From the NCBI GenBank assembly GCA_963844715.1, contig CAWJPJ010000008.1, forward strand, positions 320,001 through 384,000: 64,000 bases of DNA, in the 5' to 3' direction. Numbering within the stretch: position 1 is the first letter of the stretch; every line of letters starts with the position of its first letter. Both the position numbers and the translations under genes were made by a program. Below, piece by piece: positions 12,481-23,154 of the stretch. A model generated the notes under the pieces. It did not search any database and was not told where the DNA came from. It saw nothing but the letters and a program-made list of their open reading frames with translations. This DNA comes from an uncultured Phycisphaerales bacterium. Its GTDB lineage: Bacteria > Planctomycetota > Phycisphaerae > Tepidisphaerales > Tepidisphaeraceae.

Positions 12481-12986
12481 ATGAACGGTCCTCAGTCGAA
12501 CCCTGGTCAGCCGGGCTTGCACACACATCCAGCGGCGCATCCGGGGATTCATCCACAGGCGCACCCAGCCGCTCATCCGACGGCACATCCCACACTTCAT
12601 CCGACGATTCGACCGATGCCGGTGACCCCGATGGGTCCGGCGGCGCCGAAGCCGATGAAGCATGATGATGAGCCGATCTCACTGGTCGCCGACGAGTCGA
12701 ATCTCGGCGAGCCGGTGAAGAGCAAGATTCGCGCATTCAGCGTTGCCGAGGCGCACATCGGTCCGCACAATTGGAAGCGAACGCCGCACGCGTGCGAGGG
12801 CGGCTTGCCGGATGCGGCACGTTCCACGGTCGATTGAGCGATCAGGGCATGGATTATCTCGACAACGCCATCAACGAATGGCTGGATCAACATCCGGAAG
12901 TCGAGGTCAAATTCGTGACCCAGTCGATCGGCATGTTCGACGGGAAGATCAAGGACTTGGCGCTGATCCTCAACGTCTGGTATTGA
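12481..12986 (+). CDS. Hypothetical protein with His-Pro repeat N-terminus (frameshifted near 12790-12810)
   Basis: GGAGG RBS; HPxx repeats; globular C-terminus [23 protein letters not shown]... Confidence 0.6.
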
Positions 12987-12996
12987 AAAGCGGGCG

Positions 12997-13211
12997 AAAC
13001 CGCCAAGACGCCAAGAACGCCAAGATAAAACACGCGAAGTAATGGGAATCATACTTGAATCGCGCGGATGCCCCTCGCCAACCCTGCCCCGGATTACCTG
13101 TATGAACCGGGGAGGGAAAAGCGCGCGGACATTCGCTGCGATGAGGTTCACGATCGGTACAAAAGAATTCTTGGCGTGTTTTATCTTGGCGTGCTTCGCG
13201 CTTGGCGGTTC
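12997..13211. repeat. Composite inverted repeat of CGCCAAG units enclosing a REP-like hairpin
   Basis: AACCGCCAAGACGCCAAGAACGCCAAGATAAAACACGCGAAG at ~12998-13039 is inverted at 13170-13211. Confidence 0.7.
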
Positions 13212-13222
13212 GTTATCCGAAT

Positions 13223-13998
13223 TTACGGTAGCGCCAGTTCCGCCCAGGCCATGGGGTGGTCGGAGGCGTGTTCTTCGACGAAGCCGCTATTTTTTGCGAT
13301 CAGGCCGCGAGCGAAGATGCGGTCGTAGCCTTTGCCGATGGGATCGATGACGCCAGGGGTGGCGGCGAGGATGGCGATGTCGGGGTGCGTTGTCGGTGAT
13401 GTTGAAATCGCCCATTAATATTGCGGGTTCCTGGAGGGAGAGGAAGAGGCCGGCGACCTCGCGGATCTCCGTGGGATGATCATTGTGTCGATCGATATGG
13501 GTGATGAGGATGGCCAAGGGATGGCCGGCGAAGGTGGCGTTGACGAGAATCGCGTTGCGATTTGAATCGGAATCGTTGCTGGAGATGGGGATGCGCTGCC
13601 AATGAATCACGGGGAGGTCGGTGATGGCGGCGTTGCCGAAGGTTTTGGTCCACCATTGGGTTTCCACGGGGGCATAAAGATACGACTGATGGAGAGCATT
13701 CCCGAGGTATTCGGTTTGATCTTGGCCGTGGACTTCTTCGAGGCCTTCGACATCGTAGCCGCCGCCGTTTTGCAGGGCGTGGGCGACGTGGTCGATACCT
13801 TCGGCGCCGCCGTCGATATTAAACGTCGCGACGCGTAGGGTGGGGCCGGAGGGCTGGGTGGTGGATATCTGTCCGGAAAAGGCGGCGCCCTTCGGCGGGG
13901 CCGGCGGGGTTTTTTTTGTTTTCCTGCCAGGCGATCAGGAGCAAAACGATCACAATAAATAGTGCAATGCGACGCGGGTGTGAATCTTCGTCCGCCAT
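13223..13998 (-). CDS. Endonuclease/exonuclease/phosphatase family protein (frameshifted)
   Basis: N-terminal TM, FGNA, TH, ILMGDFN and C-terminal SDHP motifs. Confidence 0.7.
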
Positions 13999-14015
13999 TT
14001 GCCATGGTATGCCCC

Positions 14016-14769
14016 TTATTACGCTTGTCGTGGAACGATCGAGATTCTCCGCGATTTCATATCCTAGCAGGCGGCTTTTCATCCAGCGAATGGCCAGGAG
14101 GTCTCGGAAGCTTTTGAAGAGGCGGTTCCAGACGCCGTATTTGCTTTCGCCGTGGAGGCGTGGGTTGTTGCTGACGGGGATTTCGACGACGGTGAAGCCT
14201 TCCATTTTCAGAAGGGTTGGGATGAATCGGTGCAGGCCGCGATAGAGCTTGAGCCTGGGGACGCACTCGCGGCGGAAGGCGCGGTAGGTGCAGCCGGCGT
14301 CGGAAATCTGCTCATCGGAAAGTTTGTTGCGAACCCAATTGGCGATGCGACTGGAGGCGACTTTGACGAAGGAGTCGCCTTTTCCGCGGCACGGCGACTG
14401 CGCGTGCCGCAGACGCAGTCGGGGCCCTTGGCCAGGGCCTCGAGGAATTTGGGGATGTCCTTGGGATCGTTTTGCAGATCGGCGTCCATGGTCATGACAT
14501 ATTGCCCGCGAGCGGCGCGGAGGCCGGCGTCGCTGGCGGCGGTTTCGCCGCAATTTTTGCGGAATTTCAGGCCGCGGCACGCGCGGGTCTTTTGCGACGA
14601 GGGCCTGGATCGCCTGCCAGGAGCCGTCGGTGCTGCCGTCGTCGACGAGGATGAGTTCGGCGTCGATTTTTTCGGGATCGACGACGGCGACGATGGCTTG
14701 ATGGAGCAGGGGAAGGTTTTCCGCCTCGTTAAAAACGGGGACGCAGATAGAAATCTTGGGCTGGGGCAT
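14016..14769 (-). CDS. Glycosyltransferase family 2 (ArnC/Dpm1-like; frameshifted, 3' end approximate)
   Basis: PVFNEAENL, VDDGSTD, MDADLQND, HRFIP and SKYG motifs. Confidence 0.85.
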
Positions 14770-15524
14770 CAATCGCCGGCTCCTTTGAGTGTGTCGGCGT
14801 CGGCGAGAATTTCCGCGCCGGCGCGGCTGTTGCGCAAGGCGCGAAGGAGATAACCGCAGCCGATCCAGATGACAACCAGGGCGGTCATCGCGACGGCGAG
14901 ATAGCTGAGGGTCGCCTCAATCGAGGGGCGGACGAGCCCCGCGCCGGCGAGGGTCGTCGGGATCGCCTCGGGGAGGGAGCCGATGAGCGTGCCGAGGAGG
15001 AAGTGACGGTGTTTGACGTTGGAGAGACCGAGGGCGAGATTGATGAGGCTGCCGTGGATGGGAAGCTGGCGGATGAGGATGACGCCGAGGGTGCCGTGAT
15101 CGTGGACGAGATCGGCCCACTTTCTGAGGGCGGGCCAGTGGCGGAGTCCCCAGTCGCGTCCTCCCCATCGGATGAAGAGGAAGACGCCGTAGAAGCCGAG
15201 GAGGCTTCCGACTTGCACGACGGCCAGTCCCCACCAGAACCCGAGGGTCATTCCGGCGATTCCGCACAGGACGAGGCGGGGGACGCCGCAGGCGACGAGA
15301 ATGGCGGTGGCGGCGATGCCGGCGGGATAGACCCAGACTCCTGCCGAGGCGACGATTTTTCGGATTTGAGCGGCGTCCTGATGCCAGTTTTTAACGGGGA
15401 CGAAATAAGCGAGCACGCCGGCGGCGACGAGGATCGCGGCCAGGAGTACGACGCGGCGATGTCCGCCGCTCTGCTTCACCTCGGCGACGGGGGCTGAATT
15501 GCGGTCGAGCATAGAGTGGCTCAT
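14769..15524 (-). CDS. TVP38/TMEM64 (DedA/VTT domain) membrane protein
   Basis: Multi-TM; LIRQLPI...INLALGLS...FLLGTLIG pattern. Confidence 0.8.
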   Translation of the reverse strand: MSHSMLDRNSAPVAEVKQSGGHRRVVLLAAILVAAGVLAYFVPVKNWHQDAAQIRKIVASAGVWVYPAGIAATAILVACGVPRLVLCGIAGMTLGFWWGLAVVQVGSLLGFYGVFLFIRWGGRDWGLRHWPALRKWADLVHDHGTLGVILIRQLPIHGSLINLALGLSNVKHRHFLLGTLIGSLPEAIPTTLAGAGLVRPSIEATLSYLAVAMTALVVIWIGCGYLLRALRNSRAGAEILADADTLKGAGD

Positions 15525-15542
15525 CTACTACCCGCCAATGCG

Positions 15543-16651
15543 TCAGGAGTGCAGGAATTTCTTGATCGCGTCGGCCACGGTTTTGACCTGATCCTCCCTT
15601 AAGGAGGGGTACATGGGAAGGCTGAGGATTCGCTTGACGGCCTCTTCGGTGCGCGGGAGGGGGGGCTGCTTGCCGTAGAGTTCCTCGATGGCCGGCTGGA
15701 GATGGTTGGGCACGGGATAGTGTACGCCGGTTTCGATGGCGTTTTCCTTGAGATAACGGGCCAGCGATTCGCGTTTGTCGTGATCGTCGAGCTGGATGAC
15801 GAACATGTGATAGACCGATTCGGTTTCGCCGGGTTTGTCGATGGGCGGGAGGAGCACGCCTTTCACGCCGGCGAGTTCCCGGCGGTACCACATCCGCGGC
15901 GCGGCGGCGGCCGGCGTTGAGTTCGTCCAAAACTTTCAGTTGCTCGCGACCGACGGCGGCTTGAATTTCGTTGAAGCGCAGATTGAATCCGACTTTTTCG
16001 TGGAGGTATTTGTCCTTGCGCCCGTGGTTGCGGAGCATGGTGATCTTCTGGGCGATTTTGGGATCGGAGGTGAGGACCGCGCCGCCGTCGCCGTAGACGG
16101 TTAAGTTTTTGGACGGATAAAAACTGACGGCGGCATGCTCGGCGAAGCTGCCGGCGCGCTTGCCTTTCCATTTGGCGCCGTGGGACTGGGCGAAGTCTTC
16201 GACGATCCAGAGATTGTTGTCCTTGGCCAGCGCGAGCAATCCGTCGATGTTGGCGGGGCGGCCGTAGAGATAGACGGGGAGGATGCCGACGGTTTTGGAG
16301 TTGATTTTTTTGCGCGTCGGCGAGGTCGATGGTGTAGGTTTCGTCGACGTCGCAAAAAACCGGGCGAGCGCCGGCGTGAATCATCGGCTCGATGCTCGGG
16401 AAAGCCGTCAGGCTGGGGACGAGAACCTCGTCGCCTTTCTTGAGGCCCTGGGCCATGTGAAGGAGCATGACGGCGGCCGTCCAGCTTGAGGAGAGGACGG
16501 CATGGGGCACGCCGAAATAGGCGGCGAGTTCTTTTTCAAATTCCTTGCATTCGGGGCCGAGAATGTAGTTGCCGCCCTTGACGACTTCGAGGATTCGGCG
16601 GTCGATGGTCTCGGATTGATAAACGCGCGACAGGGGTATCTTTTCAGGCAC
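15543..16651 (-). CDS. DegT/DnrJ/EryC1/StrS PLP aminotransferase (two frameshifts)
   Basis: GDEVLVP, EDFAQSHGA, SFYPSKNL, GDGG, GFNLR and LSLPMYP motifs. Confidence 0.88.
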
Positions 16652-16862
16652 ATAACCTCCCACGATTGTTATGGAGATTCAGAGCAAAATACGGGCCACG
16701 GAGGGGGGATGCAAGGGGGGGATGGGTCTGGATAAATGGGGAATGCGGAATGATGAATGATGAATGCTGAACTGAAATCGGCGGGGTATGGCGGGATTCC
16801 AAACCCCGAGGATTCGTTATTCGATCCACACGTTGTAGAATGAGATCGCAAGAGGTGAGCAT

Positions 16863-17087
16863 ATGGTGGCACAGGTACTGAAAGTGGCCGGCAAGCGGTT
16901 CGTGATCGTCGAAGAACGCCAGTTTCGCGAACTGATGGAGACTGTTCGGCAGATACGCCGCATGAGCCGCCAGGATTGGGGAGATGTTGCCGAATCGAGA
17001 CGACGACTGGCTGAGCCCGGGGCGAGCATTTCGTGGAAGCGCATCAAAGCCGATCGCGCGGGGAAAACGAGCAAACGAGTGGCCTGA
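16863..17087 (+). CDS. Putative antitoxin
   Basis: 74-aa ORF translationally coupled (TGATG) to a RelE-like gene. Confidence 0.65.
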   Translation: MVAQVLKVAGKRFVIVEERQFRELMETVRQIRRMSRQDWGDVAESRRRLAEPGASISWKRIKADRAGKTSKRVA

Positions 17088-17350
17088 TGGCCTACACCGT
17101 TGAGTTCCGTCCCACTGCTCGCAAGGCGATCGACCGGCTCGATAAGGCTGTTTTTCGCCGTATCATGCTGCGGATCGACGCACTGGCTGCAAGTCCCCGC
17201 CCATCCCGATGTGTCAAGTTGGCCGGACACGATTCGCTCTATCGGATCCGCGTCGGTGACTGGCGGATCGTCTATGAAGTGGACGACAGCCGCTCAATCC
17301 TGACGGTGACGATCGTGGCGCATCGTCGCGAGAGCTACCGCGGATTGTGA
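17087..17350 (+). CDS. Type II toxin, RelE/ParE family
   Basis: MAYTVEF...LAASPRP...YRIRVGDWRIVY...HRRESYR. Confidence 0.85.
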   Translation: MAYTVEFRPTARKAIDRLDKAVFRRIMLRIDALAASPRPSRCVKLAGHDSLYRIRVGDWRIVYEVDDSRSILTVTIVAHRRESYRGL

Positions 17351-17354
17351 TGCG

Positions 17355-18162
17355 TCATTTCCGGGTTAGTGTTTCCTGAAATAGCTCCAGCAGCTTTTCC
17401 CAATGTCTGTCCGCGGCGGGTTTGTCGTACGCCGGGTGGTCGTCGACCGCGAAGCCGTGGCGGACGTTTTCGTACACTTCCATCGTGTAATCGATCTTGG
17501 CGGTTTTGAGGGCGGTTTCGAGGCGGGCTTTTTCTTCGGGGGTAAAGTGGGGGTCGATGCCGGCGATGCCGATGTAGATCTTCGCTTTGATTTTGGGGAT
17601 GAGGAGGTGGGGGCTGTCGGGGGCGTCGGTGGCGAGGCGGCGCGCCATGGAAACAGGCGGCGGCGGCGACGCGATCGGGATAGGCGCCGGCGGCGCTGAG
17701 GGCCATGCCGCCACCCATGCAGTAGCCGACGGCGCCGATTTTTTCGCCGGCGACTTGGTTTTGGGTTTTTAGAAAATCTAGAAATGCTGCGGTGTCGCGG
17801 GTTAGAAGCGCGAAACTGATTGAGCTGTAGAGCTTCATCATGCGCTGGCGCTCGGGGCCGTCCTGGGCGAGATCGGCGGCGTTGAAGGGGGGATAGGGGC
17901 CGGATCGATAGAAGAGGTCGGGGAGGAGGACAAAATAATTGTGCGAGGCGAGGCGGGCCGCCATGTCGAAGAGAGCGGGGCGGATGGCCAGCGCGTCCAT
18001 ATACAAGATAACCGCGGGCCAGGAGCCGCCCGAGGCGGGGTGGAAAATGTAGGCGTCGGCGACGCCGTCGGCGGTTTTAATTTTTCGCGGGATTGAGAGA
18101 TCGAGTTGGGGTTTTGCATCGGGGGCATTCTGCCTGAAACGGGGTGGGCGTGGCAACGTCAT
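17355..18162 (-). CDS. Dienelactone hydrolase family protein (frameshifted; start uncertain)
   Basis: GYCMGG nucleophile motif, FHG and HGFAV. Confidence 0.85.
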
Positions 18163-18235
18163 TTTTGTGTGCCGCTGCGCGCCTATCGGCGGCCGAGGGG
18201 TGGGATCAAGCGATATGGGGCGGGCGCAGTGCGCT

Positions 18236-21200
18236 TTAGTTATCCAGAATCTTCGAATCGGAATCCAAGGAGCTGGTTGCGCCGCCGGTTGAAGTGGTGG
18301 CGCTGGTTGTGTCATCCGACGTTGTCGGCTGCCGATCGGCGACGACGAAGCCGGGCGCGATGCTCTCTGACGGTGCTGCCGCGCCGACGTTGGCCTCAGC
18401 GATGTTCTGGGCCTCGGCCGTGGTGGTGACGGTTGGGAGTTCAATCCATTCGAACCAGTCGCGCCACTTCAGCGGTATGCGCATGATCTGGAAATTATTG
18501 GTTGAACTTGTGGAGAGCGCGCCGTCGGAGAAGGTGAGCTGGTAGGTTCCAAGCTGGCCGGTGGAGAGGCTGTGGAATTGGGCGATGCCGTTTACGACGG
18601 GCACGGTCGTCTGGCCAGAGAGGGTGGTGCCCGCGCTGACGGTGACGCTGGAAGAGTTGTTGGTGGCGACGTTTCCGTACTGGTCTTCCAGGGCCAGGAT
18701 TGTTTCCAGAGTCACGGGGCCGTATTGGGCGGCGACGAAGTGCTGGTCGGCGATGACGATTTGCGTGGCGGTTCCGGGGGCAACCGTAAAGGAGGTGGAT
18801 GTCGCGCCGGTCAGGCCCGAATCGGTGGCCTGGAGGGTGTACGTGCCGGCCTTGTCGAGGGAGATATTGTTGAAGGTGGCCACGCCGTTGACGACCGGGG
18901 CCGTCACGGTGCCGAGCAGGGTTCCCGAGCCGGTGGCGATTGAGAGCGTTACGTTGGACGAATTGGTGGTGGCGAGATTTCCGTTGCTGTCTTCGGCGCT
19001 GACGGTGATGGCGGGGCTGATCACGTTGCCGGCCGTAACGTCGGTGGGCTGCTGGGTGAAGACAACCTTGGTGGCGACGGCCAGAGCGATGTTGAAGCTG
19101 TTGGAGGTCGCGCTGGTGAGGGAGCCGTCGGTGGCCTGGATGGTGTAGGTTCCGGCGGTCGCGATGGTGACATCGCTGAAGGTGGCCACGCCGTTGGCGG
19201 CGGCGACGGTCGTCGTGCCGGAAAGGGCGCCCGGGCCGCTGGCAGTGGCGAGGGAAACGTCGGAGCTGTCGGTGGTGACGACGTTTCCGAATTGGTCTTC
19301 GACATCGACGGTGATTGCCGGGGCGATTGCAAGATTAACGACGGTTCCGGTGGGCTGCTGGGAGAAGGCGAGCTGTGAAGCGGCGGCGGCGCCGACAGTG
19401 AAGCTGCCAGTGGTGGCGCTGGTGAGGGAGCCATCCGTGGCTTCGAGGGTGTAGGTTCCGGCGGTGTCGATGGCGACGTCGCTGAAAGTCGCGACGCCGT
19501 TGACGGCGGCGATGGTGAGCGTGCCGATCAACGTTCCCGGACCGCTATTGATGGAGATGGTGACGTTGGAGGAATCGGCGGTTGCGATGGCGTTGTTCGA
19601 ATTGAGGACATCGACGGAGACGGACGGCCCGAAATTGCTGCCGGCAGTCGCGACACCCGGCTGCTGGGCGAAGCCGAGTTTCGTCGGAGGCAGGGCCGTG
19701 ATGTTGAAGCTGTTGGAGACGGGGGCGCTCAGGCCGCTGCCCGTGGGGTCGATCGTGTAGGCGCCGATCGTGGCAAAGGAGATGTTGCTGAATGTCGCGA
19801 CGCCGGCCACGGCCGCGACTGTCGCGGTGCCGGAAAGGGAGCCGGGGCCGGTATTTTTGTTGAGGGTGACGTTGGATGTATTGGTGGTGACGACGTTCCC
19901 GAATTGATCATCCACATCGACGATGACCGCCGGGGAAATGGCGGCTCCCACGACGGTATTGGTCGGCTGCTGGGCGAATACAAATTGAGTCGCGGCCGCC
20001 GGTGTGACCAGGAAGCTGCTGGATGTCGCGGCTGGTGAGGCTGCCGTCGGTGGCGAGGAGGGTGTAGCTTCCGGCGGTATCGATGATGGCGGAGGAGAAG
20101 GTCGCTACGCCGTTGACGGCGGCGACAGTTTGGGTGCTGGTAAAGGCGCCGGTTCCGCTGGCGATGGAGAGCGTGACCTTGGAGGAATCTCCGACCGCGA
20201 CGTCGCCGCCGTTGTCTTCCACATCGACGGTGATCGCCGGGCTGATGGCGGTTCCCGCGGTGACGTTGGTCGGCTCCTGCACGAAGACCAACTTTTGCCC
20301 CGTCGGCGACGTGATGTCGAAGCTGTTGGAGGTTGCCGCGGTGAGGCTGCCGTCGGTGGCCTGGATCGTATAGGCGCCGAAGGTTGCGGCGCTGATGTTA
20401 CTGAACGTCGCAACGCCGTTGGAAGCGGCGATGGTGGTGGTTCCGGAAATCGCCGCCGGTCCGGTGGCCGTGGCGAGGGTGACGTTGGAAGAGTCGGTCG
20501 CGACGACGTTTCCGAATTGATCTTCGACGTCCACCGTGATCGGCGGGGTAATCGCGTCGCTCACCTGGGTGCTGGTGGGCTGCTGAGAAAATGCCAGTGT
20601 GGCGGCGGCCGCGGCGCTGATCGTGAAACTGCTGGAGGTGGCGCTGCTGAGGCTGCCGTCGGTGGCCAGGAGCGTGTAAGCGCCGGCGGTGTCGAGGATG
20701 ACATTGTTGAATGTCGCCACGCCGTCGACGGCTGCGACGGTCAGGGTTCCGGTCGCCGAGCCGGGTCCGCTGGCGACGGCGAGCGTGACGTCGGAATCGT
20801 TGCTGGTGTTGATGGTTCCGCCCGCATCTTCGATATCGACGACGATGGAGGGGCTATTGGCGACGCCGGCGGTGGCGTTGCTCGGCTGGACGGCGTAGGC
20901 GAGCTGCGATGAAGGCGCCGAGGTGACGGCGAGGCTGTCGAACGTGGCGGCGGCGGTGTCGCCGTTGCTGTTGGCCGTGACGGCCAGGCCGGCATTGGCG
21001 GCGGCGCCCATTCCGGTGAGGGCTTCGGTGGAGCCGATTTGCGTGTAGGTCGTGCCGCCGTTGGTGCTGTAAAAGCCGGCGAAGTTGTTGCCGAAGCGTT
21101 CGACTTTCACGAACGCCGATCCGACGGCGAGGCTGATCGGCGCGGACGACTGCATGGTTCCGCCGGAGGTGGTGCGCCATTCGAAAATGATCTGGCCGTT

Positions 21201-22826
21201 GGTGGTCTGGACGACGGCGGCGAAAGGATCGGCGGCGTCGGTGCTTTGGCGATACATGACGCCCGCCTGCGGCACGGCGCCTCCGCCGGGGCCGGTCAGG
21301 CTGGTCAGCTGCGCGGCGACGCTGGAGTCGCCGGTCACGGATTGATAGCTGTAATTGAACTGGTCGCTGGCGCCGCTGATATTGGCGCCGCCGCCGTTGA
21401 CCGTCCAGTCTTCGGCGTCAGGGTCGTAAACGGATTCGGACGTGTCGAACGGAACGGTCGGGGAACCGATGTCGATGTTGGTGTAATTAGCCGCGACGAT
21501 TTGCGAATCGACGGGGGTCGGATAGGAGCTAGAGGTTGTTCCTTCGATGTCCGGCCCGCTGGAGACGGTGATGTGCGAACTGGAATCGAAACTCATGTTG
21601 CGCACGTGATCGATCTGCATGCCGGTCAGGGCGGTGATGTTCACGTCGTCAAACGAGATATTGGTCACCGGCGCTTCGGGAATTCCATAAATGGCGGCGG
21701 CGAGGGAACCGCTCTGCAAATCGGTCGAGGTGATGTTGGTGAAGGAAATGTTTTCCCAAATCGGGGTGGTCGAATTGACGGCGAAGCCGGGATCGGAATA
21801 GGGATCGGTGGGGAAATCGTTGGACTGGTTGTAATAGCTATCGATCAGGATCGGATACTCGACGTTGGTCATCGTGATATTGGAATAGGAGACGTTTTCG
21901 ACGAATCCGCCGTTGCCGCGGTCGGCTTTGAGCCGCAGACCGTTGGTGGTTCCGTTGAAGGTGACGTTGTTGACGATGAAGCCGTTGAAACCGGCGTTGG
22001 TTTCCCCGCCGACGGAGATGCCGTGTCCGGCCAGGATGGTGCAGTTTTCGACGTCGATGTTGGCGCAGTACTGGTCCTGGGGTTTGACGGCGATGTCATC
22101 GTCGCCGTCGGAGATGGTGCAGTTTTCGATGAGCCAGTTTTGTCCGGCGGGATCGATGCCGTCGGTGTTGGCGGCGGTGGAGGAGGTGTTGATGCTGATG
22201 TCGTTGATGGTCACATTGTTGACCAGGCCGCTGCCGCACTGAATGTGTTCGTGGGGGGAATTGTTGACGTTGACTTCCTGGATCAAGCCAATCGAGGAAT
22301 CGTTGATCTTGATCAAGTTCAGCGTGCCGGCCAGGCCGCCCGAATTGCCGTCGATGGTTCCCATGGACGCGCCGGTTCCGAGCCCGGTGATTTCCCAGTT
22401 GGAGCAGCCGTTGACGGTAATAAAGACGCTGGCGCTGAGGCCGGAGAGAGCCTGGAGTTCGGCGCCGGAGTCGATCTGAAGATTGACGTTGCTCTTCATG
22501 GAGATCGCTCCGCATTCGAAAGCGCCGGCGGCATCGGGGACTTCGACGGTGCCTCCGCCGGCGGCGTTGCAGGCGTTGATGGCGTCTTGAATGGCGGTGG
22601 TGTTGTTGGTCGTGCCGTCGCCGACGGCGTTGTAGGGGGAGGCGGTGATGAGGAAGTTGGTGCCGGACCCGGTGGGGATCACGGGCAGGGGAGGAGCGGA
22701 GAGCAGATACCGCTTTTCAAGGTTCTCCAGAAGCGGGCGTTGCCGGAGCATGGCGCGATTCAATTTTCGCGCGGAATTGACCCGCTTCGGCCGCATTTCT
22801 TCCATACCGCGCTCGACAATCGACAT
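18236..22826 (-). CDS. Large exported GH28 polygalacturonase with a beta-sandwich domain and ~8 tandem Ig-like repeats (frameshifted near 19985-20030)
   Basis: LENLEKRYLLS planctomycete signal; GH28 motifs NTDG, GDDD, GHG and RLK; ~100-aa repeats beginning LxFxQQP. Confidence 0.85.
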
Positions 22827-23154
22827 AGCTCCTCCATTGCCCGTTTCTCAAAAACCGCAAATCGTTCTTCAGCGGACACTTAACAGCCTGGCGAGTGCTG
22901 TCTACTTAGGCAACAATCAATGGTTAGATCGGCGAATAAATCGGCAAAGTTGGATTAAACGAAATATTCGTTACAAGGTGTCAAAAATGCCTTAAGGGGC
23001 GGCGGGAAATGCAACCGACCGAGTCGAGTCGCAAGCATCAATAATCATTGGGGTTGCGTAAAACTGGTTTGGGTGGGGGAGCAACTTTTTGATGATGTGT
23101 TGTGATTTATGGGACGTGGCGCGCCGTGCCGTCAGGTCCGAAACCAATGATTCA

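Noticed and set aside
18500..20900. CRISPR-like or mobile repeat array
   Set aside because: The ~300-bp periodicity is coding Ig-like domain repeats; there is no short repeat-spacer structure and no cas genes.
20004..22883. Long plus-strand ORFs (302 aa, 614 aa) and similar antisense ORFs elsewhere
   Set aside because: They are shadow ORFs antisense to well-supported genes in high-GC DNA.
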